Positions 32,807 to 55,341 of a stretch of DNA of 64,000 nucleotides are shown here, piece by piece (within the stretch, counting starts at the first letter, position 1; every line of letters starts with the position of its first letter). The stretch lies in assembly GCF_009914755.1 (NCBI RefSeq), contig NC_060936.1. One strand, written 5' to 3'. Origin of the DNA: the human T2T-CHM13v2.0 reference genome, Homo sapiens. The position numbers were made by a program, and so were the translations under genes. Under the pieces are notes generated by a model. It ran no database searches. It worked only from the letters and a program-made list of their open reading frames with translations, and was not told where the DNA came from.

Positions 32807-33495
32807 GTATGTCCCCAATCATCCTTCTCTATCACATAAGAAATGTTTGTAAACAAATAGCAAATTAGGAAAAATGTATGCCCGTCGATTTTGTTTAATT
32901 GGTGATTTGGAATCCTAACTACATTAGTTGTATATCATGTTTATTTATTTTTATTATTATTATTTTTTTGAGACGGAGTCTCGCACTGTCAACCGGGCTG
33001 GGGTGCAATGGCCTGATCTCGGCTCACTGCAACCTCCACCTCCTAGTTACAAGCGATCCTCCTGCCTCAGCCTCCCAAGTAGCTGGGATTACATGTGCCC
33101 ACCACCACGCCCAGCCAATTTTTTGTATTTTTAGTAGAGACAGGGTTTTACTGTGTTGGCCAGGCTGGTCTCGAACTCCTGACCTCATGACCCGCCCACC
33201 TCAGCCTCCCAAAGTGCTGGGATTACAGGCGTGAACCAGCGCACCCAGCCTGTATATCATGTTTAGTATAGCAAATAGGTCTTGCTTGTGGTGATCAAAG
33301 GCTGGGAGCCCAGCTATCCTAGCAAATCTTAGTGCTAACAAAGGAAAATTAAAAGCAGACATATTTAGCATATTTCTCTAGTAACTATCTGACCTATTTT
33401 AGGATTTGTGAACTGTTTCAGGGAAAGTGCCAAATTGTTGGTTCAGTTTAGTTTTGTTATTACATTTCATGTTGATTTGTCAATATCTATGACAG

Positions 33496-33611
33496 ATTTA
33501 TGTAAAACAACAGAGTGATCTGCAGTTTCTTAATTTCAATGTGGAAAATTCTCAGGAATTAATACAGATGTATGACTCAAAGATGGAGGAATCAAAGGCT
33601 CTGGACTCCAG
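33496..33611 (+). CDS. CCDC62: CCDC62 exon 8 (IYVKQQSDLQFLNFNVENSQELIQMYDSKMEESKALDS)
   Basis: Acceptor cAG ends 33495; donor GTAATC at 33612; 116 nt, phase 0-2. Confidence 0.94.
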
Positions 33612-33682
33612 GTAATCTTAGCAAGATGCAATTAATATGATCTTGTATTATATTCCATCAGCCAGTATTTACTGCGCACTTA

Positions 33683-34550
<868 letters not shown>

Positions 34551-34698
34551 TCATAATCCTCAGTCGCAGGAAGACCCAATCTAAGAATTTTAGTCATGAT
34601 CCTGATTTAGCCACTGGATAGAAGTAAATTTATTTAACCTGATTTTCCCTTCTGTTGTGTAGAAGGCTTTGAGCTAGAATAGACACTACAGAGATGAA

Positions 34699-34707
34699 TC
34701 ATTCATT

Positions 34708-34738
<31 letters not shown>

Positions 34739-34744
34739 CCATCC
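34699..34744 (+). repeat. (TCAT)/(CCAT)n tetranucleotide repeat
   Basis: Directly visible; sits at an antisense L2-like 3' end. Confidence 0.9.
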
Positions 34745-35830
34745 AGCATTCAGTGTTTGGACACTAGGCTAGGACTTGGGCACATGTAGGTATATAGGGC
34801 ATGGCACTCGCCCAAAAGAAGTAATGCCAAGGAATGCATTGATTACTGAGTAGGAGCCCCACTCCACCGAGGGTGATCTGTGCCCTTAACTGGATTTTCC
34901 TGCTTGCCTTATTAATAGGAAACATCTTCCCATCCCCACAACAAGCAGTGTGGGAATTAAATTGGTTTTGGTAAAATTAAAATATAAACATATAAAGTGT
35001 GGTTTAATTTAACAGGCATATAACTGTACCACAGCTCAACTTAGTCTACTTTTCTAAGCCAAAATTTTACAAGAAGTCTTTGAAAGGGAGAGGGATTAGG
35101 GAAGCTCCCCATGGCTGTTTGGAACCATGGAGGCTGGACTGGGTTGCAGCAGCGACTTTCCCTGGGAGAATGGAGTTGAGAGCAGCAGGGCTTAGTAGCT
35201 GCAGCACTGCAGGGATCACCCCAGGCGTGTGGCGTGTGGCTGGGGCCGCCCTGCTTTCCGCTGCACTTGCTTCACTTTCCTTTGGGGCCCTCTGCGAGGG
35301 GTTGTGGCCTGTGGCTCTGGGTCCTAGCTGCTGCCGCTGCCACCAGACACCAGACTAACTCAGAGCTCTCTTGCAGGCAGAAGCCCCTTACATACTGGCT
35401 CTTTCTTCTTTTTCCTTTTTTTGAGATGGGGTCTTGCTCTGTTGCCCAGGCTGGCATGCAGTGGTGCAACCTCAGCTCACTGCAACCTCCACCTCCTGGG
35501 TTCAAGCGATCCTCTCACCTCAGCCTTCCAAGTAAGTAGCTGGGCCCACAGGCATGCGCCACCATGCCCGGCTACTTTTTTTTTTTTTTTTTTTTTTTTG
35601 TACATATGGGGTTTCGTCGTGTTGCGAAGGCTGTCTTTCTCCTTTTTGACCTTCATTGCCTCTAGGAGGTACTAGATGAGTTGAGGTTATTCCTTAAAAG
35701 CTAAAAATAGGCTGGACGCCATGGCTCACACCTGTAATTGCAGTGCTTTCGGAAGCTAAGGCAGGAGGATTGCTTGAGGCCAGGAGTTCAAGAGCAGCCT
35801 AGGCAACATAGCAAGACCCTGTCTCTATAA

Positions 35831-36165
<335 letters not shown>

Positions 36166-36530
36166 TAGTTTATAGCATTATGGAAAGAGTTGTATTTCCT
36201 AAGATATCAGAATGATGCAGATTAGAATACCTGAATACAAGTGACATGAAAAATTTTAAAGGAAGATTTATTAAAAGGTTTTGTCACATTTCTGCAGTAT
36301 TCTTTTTTTCTCATGTAGACAGTAAGTGCAATAAGAGGAGGATGGAAAAGGGAATGTGGGCTTTGTGGTCAGAAAGGATTCCTGGAGAAGGTCGGGCTGG
36401 AATTGGGCTCTGAGGTTCAGACAAACGAGTCTCATTGGGATTTAGCTCTACTGAGTTTTGGGTGAAATGTTTAGAATGATAGCATCAAGTATATCTTATA
36501 ACCTCCATTTTTTTTCTAATGCCACCATAG

Positions 36531-37259
36531 CAGAGACATGTGTTTATCAGACCTTGAAAATAACCACCCAAAAGTCGATATTAAGAGGGAAAAAAATCAG
36601 AAGTCACTGTTTAAGGACCAGAAATTTGAAGCCATGTTGGTTCAGCAAAATAGGTCAGACAAGAGCTCTTGCGATGAATGCAAAGAGAAGAAACAACAGA
36701 TCGATACTGTGTTTGGGGAGAAAAGTGTAATTACGCTGTCATCCATATTCACCAAAGACTTAGTAGAGAAACACAACCTCCCTTGGTCTCTGGGAGGAAA
36801 AACCCAGATTGAACCCGAAAACAAAATTACATTGTGCAAGATCCACACAAAATCACCAAAATGTCATGGCACTGGGGTTCAGAACGAAGGAAAACAACCC
36901 TCAGAAACACCCACTTTATCTGATGAGAAGCAGTGGCATGATGTCAGTGTTTACCTGGGCCTGACCAACTGTCCAAGTTCAAAACATCCAGAAAAGCTGG
37001 ATGTAGAATGTCAAGATCAGATGGAAAGGTCCGAAATCTCATGCTGCCAGAAAAATGAAGCCTGTCTGGGCGAAAGTGGCATGTGTGACTCCAAGTGCTG
37101 CCACCCGAGTAACTTCATAATTGAAGCCCCAGGCCACATGTCTGACGTGGAGTGGATGAGTATTTTCAAGCCTTCCAAAATGCAGAGAATTGTCCGCCTC
37201 AAATCTGGGTGCACCTGTTCAGAAAGCATCTGTGGCACACAACATGACTCCCCGGCAAG
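36531..37259 (+). CDS. CCDC62: CCDC62 exon 9, large Cys/Ser/Lys-rich exon (SRDMCLSDLENNHPK...CGTQHDSPA)
   Basis: Acceptor TAG|CAG ends 36530; donor GTGAGT at 37260; 729 nt, phase 2-2; corresponds to ORF 36538..37263. Confidence 0.97.
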
Positions 37260-37778
37260 GTGAGTAACGTTCACATCTGTAAACACCCACGGAGCATGCA
37301 TGCCAGTATTTGGAAATACAAAGGGTGATGGAAGCCACGCCATACCTACTATTAATCCAAAAGGCATGTTTGCTAACAGAAATCTTCCTTAGGACCAATG
37401 GTTCCCTCTTTTCATCACAGCATGGACTGTTGAGTCTTTAATTATAGAGGCTCTATTAGGTTCCAGGGATGTGTTTATACTGAGGACGGCTTCTGAGGCA
37501 AAGGTTTTGTTTAAAAACAAAACCAGTTGTTATGACTTGGGCAGATATGCTTTATTAAAAAGCAAACGGGTGGATCGCTGCACAGAGTGGAACGCCACCC
37601 TAGAGCATTCCTCACCCCAGAAGCCATTCTGAACTGACATGCTGACCATTTCTGGTCCAGATGGCATTACCTAGACCCCATATAAAAATGTCTCTTGGTG
37701 CATTGTGGTGGCTCATGCCTGTAATTCTAGCACTTTGGGAGGCCAAGGCAGGAGGGTCACATGAGGCCAGGAGTTTGA

Positions 37779-38151
<373 letters not shown>

Positions 38152-38285
38152 TAGCTGGGCATGGTGGTGTACACCTGTAGTCCCAGTACTTGGGAGGCTG
38201 AGGCAGGAGGACCACTTGAGTCCAGGAATTTGAGACTAGCCTGGTTAACATAGTGAGGCTCCATCTCTACAAAAAAAATTTTTTA

Positions 38286-38429
<144 letters not shown>

Positions 38430-39622
38430 CTATTTCAAAAACATTTGTCATGGCTCTTTTTTTAAAAATTGAGATGAGGTGACACGATATTGCCCAGGCT
38501 GGTCTCGAACTCCTGGGCTTAAGCAATCTTTTCACCTGTGGGGATTACAGGTGTGAGCCACCGCATCCAGCATCTCTCAGCTCTTATCCAGGGTCACTTA
38601 GTATATTTACATATCCGACCGTGCCTGCCTTTGTGTTCATTCATTTCATATCTGTTTGAGACTTTACATTGCCCAGACTTTCTTAATTTTTGAAAATCAT
38701 TCAGGAAAGAGGATACTTGTATTTAACAAGCTGGTAAGTTATTGGTTTTTTTAAGAGAAGAAAATTTAAGAGAATAAGGCATATGCTGCCTTATTCAGGC
38801 TTGTCTTATTGTTGGAATAGCTGAATCTTGTGTGTGAGTGTCGTCATAATAATGTCTGCTATTTTAAAATAAAGCATAGCTCTTTAATCTTAAATTACAG
38901 AAAGGATGAAGTTTCTATATTGAGAGGCGTATTTTAATCATTACATTGGCTTTTATAGGACTTTATGATTAAAGTTTATTTCTAGTGCTTAATTATTTGG
39001 AGTATCCTTTGGCTCTTTAATTGTATTTTGTTTATTTATTTCCTTTGGCCCTTTTAGAAACTTGAATTGTTTAAAAGTCATGCAGATAGTCATTCTGCCA
39101 GTTGCAAATTATTTTAAAAAGTCGGTCATCACGCTAAATGTCATCTATTCATATTTGGTCTTTAAAGATCTTTGGATAATTGCAAGTATCAGGGCACAAT
39201 GCCTATTTTTCACTACTGAACAAGGACACTCATATATTAAGGGACAAGCTTATGTCAGATAGTTTTAAGAGCATAGAGGATTAAATTTAACGTATGAAGT
39301 AAGTTCAGATTTACATTCAGAGTTTCCTTCAAGGCCCTTTTGACCTCACCGACTTAAAATGATTGAAGTGATTGCCTGTTCTGCCAGCAGAGACGGATGC
39401 CAAGATATCACATGACAAATATGTGATTAAGTAGAAAGATAATTATGTTTTTCTCTTTTTCCATAGATTATAAGAACTTGCGTACCTACTTTATTATCTA
39501 ACTAAAATGTTCACATCTGTGCCAGCATTCCATTTGACAAACAGAGGTTTACCCGTGCAGGGAGAAACTGGGGGCAGCCTGTTCTCACTTCATTGTAGGT
39601 TACAGGGAAGGAAGCAGTTCTA

Positions 39623-39904
<282 letters not shown>

Positions 39905-40229
39905 TCATTGGCCAAGTGAGGTGGCTCATGCCTGTAATCCCAATACTTTGGGAGGCCAAAGCAAGGAGGATCTCTTGAGTTCAGGAGTTGAAGGCCATCC
40001 TGGGCAACAGCATGGCCCATCTCCAATAATAACAAAAATAAATAAATAAATAAAGCCATTAACAAAAATCAATCTCACAAACTGAAAACCTAAAATTTTC
40101 ACAAGTATAACCTTATTCCATGTTGTTTTTTTTTTCTCTTTTTAGAGATAGGGTCTCGCTATCACCCAGGCTGGAGTGCAGTGGTATAATCATAGCTCAC
40201 TGCAGCCTCTAACTCCTGGGCTCAGGTGA

Positions 40230-40624
<395 letters not shown>

Positions 40625-40749
40625 TAGTCTGTTTTAATTTTTCCCTCCCTTTTAGATGATCCTATCTTTAGAACTTTCATTTCATTGTATTTTTAGGGGG
40701 AACATTCTTTGTTCTATAGTTACCTTTACCTAATAATTTTGTCTTAATT

Positions 40750-41360
<611 letters not shown>

Positions 41361-41558
41361 TTATTTTAATTCTTATTTGCAAAAGGTATGCATTAACTTA
41401 TAATATTCTATTCCAATCTATAATGTTCTACTCAAACTTGACCTGCTTCAATAACAAAAACACTTATTTGTCCTTTTAAGATACTTTTGAGTATAAGAGT
41501 GATCTATGTATGATATTGTTTTAAGATATTTGTTTTTGTTGGGTTTTCTTATTCTTAG

Positions 41559-41703
41559 TGAGCTAATTGCCATCCAAGATTCCCACTCTTTGGGTTCTTC
41601 AAAATCTGCCTTGAGAGAAGATGAGACGGAGTCCTCTTCCAATAAAAAGAACTCACCTACGAGTTTGTTAATCTACAAAGATGCACCAGCATTCAATGAA
41701 AAG
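41559..41703 (+). CDS. CCDC62: CCDC62 exon 10 (SELIAIQDSHSLGSSKSALREDETESSSNKKNSPTSLLIYKDAPAFNEK)
   Basis: Acceptor ttcttAG ends 41558; donor GTTCGT at 41704; 145 nt, phase 2-0. Confidence 0.95.
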
Positions 41704-42440
41704 GTTCGTATTTTGCTTAGACATCCCCAGCTTACTCAAGCCAGGCCTCTCACCAGCTTTTAATGCTTCTCTAGCAACCACTGTTAGCTTGCTTATTTTG
41801 GCTATTCCTCCGTTTTTTTTTTTTTTTTTAATTCTAGGATTTTAAGATGCTTTTAAGGCAATCCTTTTATTTATTTTATTATTTTGTGTTTTGTTCTGTT
41901 TCTTTGAGACAGGATACTCAGTCACCCAGGCTGTAGTGCAGTGGTGCAATCGTGGCTCACTGCAGCCTCAACCTACTGGGCTCAAGTGATCCTCCTGCCT
42001 CAGCCTTCCAAGTAGCTGCAACTACAGGCACATGCCACCACGCCCAGCTAATTTTCTCATTTTTTTGTAGAGACAGGGTCTCAATTTGTTGCCCAGTCTG
42101 GTCTTGAACACTTGGGCTCAAGTGATCTTCTTGCCTTGGCCTCCCAAAGTGTGCTGGGATTATAAGTGTGAATCACCGTGCTGGGACTATTTTTTTCTTT
42201 CGAGAAAAATTGTATTTTTTTTTTTTTGGCAACTTGATATATGTTGGTTGTAAAAAAAAAAAGAAAGAAAAAAGAAAAAGAAAAACAAACCACAAGAACA
42301 ATACAGAAATATAGATATCACCTAACTGCTTGGTCTCAGCTGCCCCTTCCTCCAAATACACAATCCCTGGCAGTGTCTAGAGAGACCCAGGTGACACGTT
42401 GGTGGGCTTGCTTACAGATTTCTCTATCTGCAGAGACATG

Positions 42441-43106
<666 letters not shown>

Positions 43107-43383
43107 TGACAGACTAATAGTGACACATTCATTACACCCAAACCCCTTTGGAATTCTTCCTCTGCCCTGTGCGTCCCTCCCTATTCCCAGACAATCACTC
43201 ACTAATCTGTCTTCTGTAACCCAGATTAGTTTGCCTTTTCTAGAATTTTATATAAATGCATTCAAACTTTTGTGTCCCTCTTGTTTCTTTCACTCAGTGT
43301 AATTATTTTGAGATTAACTTATGTGACTGTGTATATAAATAATTCCTTTTTGTTGCTGACAAGTATCCTATTGTGTGGATATA

Positions 43384-43750
<367 letters not shown>

Positions 43751-44585
43751 TACCACAGTGATTTAGCCATTCACTTGTCAATGGACATTTGGGTTGTTTC
43801 TGGTGTGCTAGATAATACAAATAAAGCTGCTTGCATATTCATGTATCATAAGTCTTTGTATAGACACATTTTTTTTTCGTTTATCTAGGAATGGAATGCT
43901 AGCTAGGTCATATGGTAGGTGTATATTTAACCTTTTTTTTTCTTTTTTTAGAGACAGGGTCTCACTCTGTCGCCCAAGCTGGAGTGCAGTGATGCCATCC
44001 TGGCTTACTGCAATCTCAAACTCCTGGGCTCAAGTAATCCTCCCACTGCAGCCTCCCAATTAGCTGGGACTGTAGGCATGAACCATTATGCCCAGCTCAT
44101 TTTTACATTTGTTGTGGAGATGTGGTCTTGTTATGTTGCCCAGGGTGGTCTCAAACTCCTGACCTCAAGCAATCCTCCTGCCTCAGCCTCCCAAAGTGCT
44201 GGGGTATATTTAACATTTTAAGGAACTGCAAGATGTTTTCCAAAGTGGTTATACCAGTTACATTCCCACCATCAGTGTGGTGCTGATGCTCCGGTCCCAG
44301 CTGCTCCAGATTCCAGTCAATACTTGCAATGGTCAATTTTTAAATTCCAGACATTCTAATAGGTATGAAGAGGTATCTCAGTGTGGTTTTAACTTTCATT
44401 CCCCTAATGACTAACAACGTTGTGCACCTTTTCACACGCTAAACCACCATCTATTTATAGCTTCGATTTCAACTGATAGAGAAGTTCTAGCCAGTTATTC
44501 AATCCCAAAGAGACACTATTCTTTATGTCTGTGTAGAATATCCCTTCTTTAATTACTTCTCCAGATTTACCTCCTCTCTGCACTA

Positions 44586-44786
<201 letters not shown>

Positions 44787-44896
44787 TCAAGAGGTTGACG
44801 TGGAAGAATCACTTGAGCCCGGGAGGCGGAGGCTGCAGCAAGCTGAGATTGTGCCATTGCACTTCAGCCTGGGCGACAGAGCCAGACCCTGTCTTA

Positions 44897-47044
<2,148 letters not shown>

Positions 47045-47126
47045 TGACCAACATGGTGAAACCCCGTCTCTACAAAAAATACAAAAATTAGCTGGGCGTG
47101 GTGGCACATGCCTGTAGTCCCAGCTA

Positions 47127-47384
<258 letters not shown>

Positions 47385-47699
47385 TCAAGGCTTATAAGCC
47401 TTTAATGTTGTCCTATTTTGCAAGTATTTTGACATGCTAAATACAGCATTGACAAGTTGGTTGAGGAGAGTTAACCAATGCCTAGGATTCTTTTATCGCA
47501 TGGGTGTTACTTCATTAGCTGTAGTAAGTTCTGTTTAAGTCAAATTATTTAACTGAGTAGGTTCTAAGAAATAAAGGGGGCTGGGTGCAGTGGCTCACGC
47601 CTGTAATCCTAGCACTGTGGGAGTTCGAGGCGGATGGATCACTGGAGGTCAGAAGTTCAAGACCAGCCTGGCCAACATGGTGAAACCCTGTCTCTACTA

Positions 47700-47858
<159 letters not shown>

Positions 47859-47938
47859 TCAAAAAAAAAAAAAGAGGCCGGGTGCGGTGGCTCACACCTG
47901 TAATCCCAGCACTTTGGGAGGCCGAGGCAGGCAGATCA

Positions 47939-48506
<568 letters not shown>

Positions 48507-48707
48507 CTATGGTCCCAGCTTTTCAGGAGGCTGAGGCAGGAGGATCACTCGAGCCCAGGAGCTTGAGGCAATCAGCTGTGATTGTGCCACTGCACTTCAG
48601 CCTGGGCGACAGAGCAAGAGAAAGAAAAAAGAAAACAATATTCCTAGGTAGTTAGCATTTGTGTTTGTAAACCTAAGCATTTAAAGGTGCCTCTTAATTT
48701 CCTGTAG

Positions 48708-48857
48708 GCTTCAATTGTGTTACCCTCCCAGGATGATTTCTCGCCCACGAGCAAGCTCCAGCGTTTGCTGGCGGAATCTCGTCAGATGGTGACGGACCTG
48801 GAGCTGAGCACACTGCTGCCCATCAGCCATGAGAATCTCACTGGCAGTGCCACAAAT
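48708..48857 (+). CDS. CCDC62: CCDC62 exon 11 (ASIVLPSQDDFSPTSKLQRLLAESRQMVTDLELSTLLPISHENLTGSATN), two LxxLL motifs
   Basis: Acceptor cctgtAG ends 48707; donor GTATGC at 48858; 150 nt, phase 0-0; LQRLL and LSTLL. Confidence 0.95.
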
Positions 48858-49080
48858 GTATGCGTTTCATTTTCTCTTGACTATATTTGTCACATCCAAA
48901 CACACCACTGAACACCAGTGTGCAAATATCACCGGCAGGGCGGCCTTTCTGTTAGAGGGAGAGTTTCTGTGTCTCTAGGGAGGAAAGGGAACATGCTTGT
49001 TTTAAGGAGGAAAAAGTTACACTTAGATGTCACTGGACCCAAACTTCCTCTTTCTAATGATCTGGGGCATATGAAGATAA

Positions 49081-49497
<417 letters not shown>

Positions 49498-49612
49498 TTA
49501 CCTGAGGTCGGGAGTTCGAGACCAGCCTGACTAACATGGAGAAACCCCGTCTCTACTAAAAATACAAAATTAGCCGGACATAGTGGCACATGCCTGTAAT
49601 CCCAGCTACTCA

Positions 49613-49759
<147 letters not shown>

Positions 49760-49942
49760 TCAAATATGCACTGAAGTGGAAAGAATGGCACGGTCACTCA
49801 CCTTTGACCACCATCAATTTTATCTTACCCCATCCATACACGTTTTCTTTGGAAGCATTTTAGAGTGAATCTCAGCATCATATCATGTCACTCATAAATA
49901 TTTCATGATCATGATGTCTCTCTAACAGATATGGACTTTTAA

Positions 49943-50511
<569 letters not shown>

Positions 50512-50642
50512 TGAGCCACCATGCTCAGCTTATTTATTTGTTTTTTAGAGACAGTCTTGCTCTGTCACCCAGGCTGGAATGCAGGGCCAACTTGAACCTC
50601 CAACTCCCAGGCTCAAGTGATCTTCCCACCTCAGCCTCCTGA

Positions 50643-50825
<183 letters not shown>

Positions 50826-50902
50826 TAACAGTGTCTTTTAAAAAGCGAAATTTAAAATTTTGATTACTTCCAACTTAACAGGTTTTTTTTTTTCTTTTTT
50901 GA

Positions 50903-51067
<165 letters not shown>

Positions 51068-52446
51068 TAGAGACGGGCTTTCACCGTGTTAGCCAGGATG
51101 GTCTCCATCTCCTGACCTTGTGATCCGCCCGCCTCAGCCTCCCAAAATGCTGGGATTACAGACGTGAGCCACCACACCCAGCCTATTCTAGTAGTTTTTT
51201 TGTAGATTCCTTAGGATTTTCTACACAATCATGTCATTCATGAATAGAGACAGTTTTATTCCTTTTTCCAATATTTATGCCTTATTTCATTTTCTTCCCT
51301 TACTGCTCTGGCTAGGACCTCCAGATGAGTGTTGAATAGAAGCAGGGGAGCAAACATCTTTGCCTTATTTCACGAAATGCTCTCTGATGGCAATTCTTGC
51401 TTAGTCCTTCAGATTGGTATTTTGTTAGATTCAGAGTTCCCTGGAGCAGTTTCTATGTGCCGCGAATAGATCCAAAACTAGAACATTAATCATTTTAGAA
51501 TCAAGATGCTCACTGCCATGAGCCTAAACAGGTAGTTGCAGAGATTACCTTAAAGCAGAACAGGATCCAAAACTAGAAATTTTTCAAAGTATACCATGTG
51601 TGCCATATAAACTTTTCAAAGTGGAAACCGTGATGGACTCTGGTGTTTCCTAGGAAGATTTCTTCTTCACAAGCTGTCTCTGAGGCATTAGTGAAGCGTT
51701 GCATTTATATTGGGGCAGAGGAAGGTTTTTAATGACAAAACTATTTTGGTGCTTAGCTATCCCTTTAAATGTATGCAGTGAGGCTGCTTCTTCCCCTGTG
51801 TCTGGGGAGAACCTTTATGACTTTTCTAGTCATTCTTTGGCAGCTATTTCTTTAAAATACATTTTTTTAATTGAGATATAGGCCAGCCATGGTGGCTAAT
51901 GCCTGTAATCCCAGCACTTTGGGAGGCCAAAGCAGATGGATCACTTGAGCCAAGGAGTTTGAGACCACTCTGGGCAACATTGAAAAACCCCACCTCTACA
52001 AAATAAAAAATTTTTTTTAATTAGCTGGACACACTGCCATGCACCAGTAGTTCCAGCAACTCAGGAGGCTGAGGTAGGAGGATCACTTGATCCTGGGAGG
52101 TCAAGACTGTGGTGAGCCATGATCTTGCCACTGCATTCCAGCCTGGGTGACAGAGTGAGACCCTATATCAAAAAGAGAGACAGAATTCACATTTTATTAT
52201 TTACATACAATTCACCCTTCTAAAGTGTACAATTTGGTGGTTTTTTTTAAATCATATTAATAAAATCGTGCAGCCACTACCGCTATCTAATTCTAGAATA
52301 TTTTAATCACCCCAAAAGGAGACCCCACATCCACAGCCACTGGTTACCACAATCTACTTTCTGTCTCTATGGATTTGTTGGACAGATAATTTTAATCAGA
52401 ATTTGTTGACTAGAATTCATGGGATCCATGAACTTTGATGGAATAA

Positions 52447-52734
<288 letters not shown>

Positions 52735-52948
52735 TGATCCACCCGCCTCGGCCTCCCAAAGTGCTGGGATTACAGGCATGAGCCACCATGCCTGGCCTAT
52801 TTTTTTATTTTTATTTTATTTTTGAGATGGAGTTTCACTCTTTCCTCCACTTCCTGGGTTCAAGCGATTCTCTTGCCTCAGCCTCCTGAGTAGCTGGGAT
52901 TACAGGTGTGAGCCACCATGCCTGGTTAATTTTTTGTATTTTTAGTAG

Positions 52949-53089
<141 letters not shown>

Positions 53090-53217
53090 TAGCAACAGAT
53101 GTCTCCTCCTTGTCCTCGTGGCTTCAGGTTGTTCTCTCAACCTCTTTGTTAGGGTTTTATGTCAAATTCCTGAGATATAATCAATCACTCCCTCATTTTT
53201 GTCCTGCTAGTGTAGCT

Positions 53218-53272
53218 CTGTGTGTGTGTGCCTGCACATGTGTGTGTGTGCATGCATGCGTGTGTGTGTGTG
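53218..53272 (+). repeat. Imperfect (TG)n repeat
   Basis: Directly visible. Confidence 0.85.
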
Positions 53273-53671
53273 TATCTGCCTCCATCAGAGTGCACGTCAG
53301 GTAGCCAACAGGTGACTGCGTCCATGACTCCTGCTCACTGTGAACGCCTCAGGACCCTTCTCCACCTTGGCACCCTGGCTGCAGCACCCAGCATCTGCCA
53401 CAGGCGGTCTCAGGGCCTACCTTGAATGGAACTGACAGGAACATGCAGAAAAAAGAAAAAGCTGGCCAGGTGCAGTGGCTCACACCTATAATCCCAGCAC
53501 TTTGGGAGGCCGAGGTGGGAGGATCACTTGAGGGCAGGAGTTCAAGTTCTGCTGGGGCAACATACCAAGACTTTGTCTCTACAAAAAATTCAAAAATTAG
53601 CTGGATGTGGCCAGGCGCGGTGGCTCACGCCTGTAATCCCAGCACTTTGGGAGGCCGAGGCAGGTGGATCA

Positions 53672-54076
<405 letters not shown>

Positions 54077-55152
54077 TTAGCTGGGTGCAGTGACTCACAC
54101 CTGTAATCCTAGCTCTTTGGGAGGACCACACAGGAGGATTGCTTGAGCCTGGGAGTTCGAGACCAGCCTGGGCAAGATAGTGAGACCCCATTGCTAAAAA
54201 ATAAAAATTAGCCAAGTGTAGTGGCTCACGCCTATAGTTCCAGCTACTCAGGAGGCTGAGGTAGGAGGATCATGACTTTGAGCCCAGGAGTTCGAGGCTA
54301 CAGTGAACCACGATCACACCATTGCACTCCAGCCTGGGCAACAGAGCAAGACCCTGTCTCAAAAAATATATTTTTTTCAGAGTGTTTGAGCTAGAAAGAT
54401 CCAGAAGAGATATCTAATTCCAACCTTACATTTTACAGGAAGGGAAAAATGACCGAATCTCTTTAGTCAACAAAGTGCAGCTAGAATCAGAAAATCATTT
54501 AATTGGAAAAACTGTTGGCTCCAGATATCATACATTTTCTGGTGCATTAACTGATTCTAGAGATATTGGGAAGACAGAATTTAAATAACAGGGATTTACC
54601 TGGCAACACGCTTTACAAACTCCTCCCCCCATGCCTTTGTACTGAGTACAGCTAGGTACCGAAAAAGCAAATAATTTTGTTTAAAAATTCTTAATTTCTG
54701 CAATAAGGAAGCAGGGTAAAGTTCTGAGCAGCGTGTCTGCTTCTCCAGGGCTTTGCCATCTGTCGCTACAGACAAGGGTCGCAATTCAGAGCCTTGCTGT
54801 GAGACAGGCACTCTCCCACGTTGCCAGGGAGCAGGCAATGATTCAGTCCTCCTGTTGGGGAAATTGGCAATGTTTTCTAAAAATCACTGAAGAACTGACG
54901 CTTTGACAATGCAGTGTCACTTTGGGAATCTCTCCCACAGATACTTCTGCATGTGTATGAAATGGCATAGGCACACGTGTTTCTTTGCAGCATTGCTTTA
55001 CAATAGCAAATGATAGGAGGCCACCCACCCAGTGTCCAGCAAAAGGGAACCGAGGGAATAAGCTGTGGTCCACCCACACGGTGGAGTTCTGAGCAGACAT
55101 AGAACAGAATGAGGTGCTCTAGTATGTGGAAATATTTCCAGATATATTGCTA

Positions 55153-55341
<189 letters not shown>

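Noticed and set aside
36458-37367. Alternative-frame and antisense ORFs overlapping exon 9
   Set aside because: Shadows of a real coding exon with no independent signals.
39449-39550. Strong acceptor-like tract (ttttctctttttccatag) in intron 9
   Set aside because: No good downstream donor, and stop codons follow soon after.
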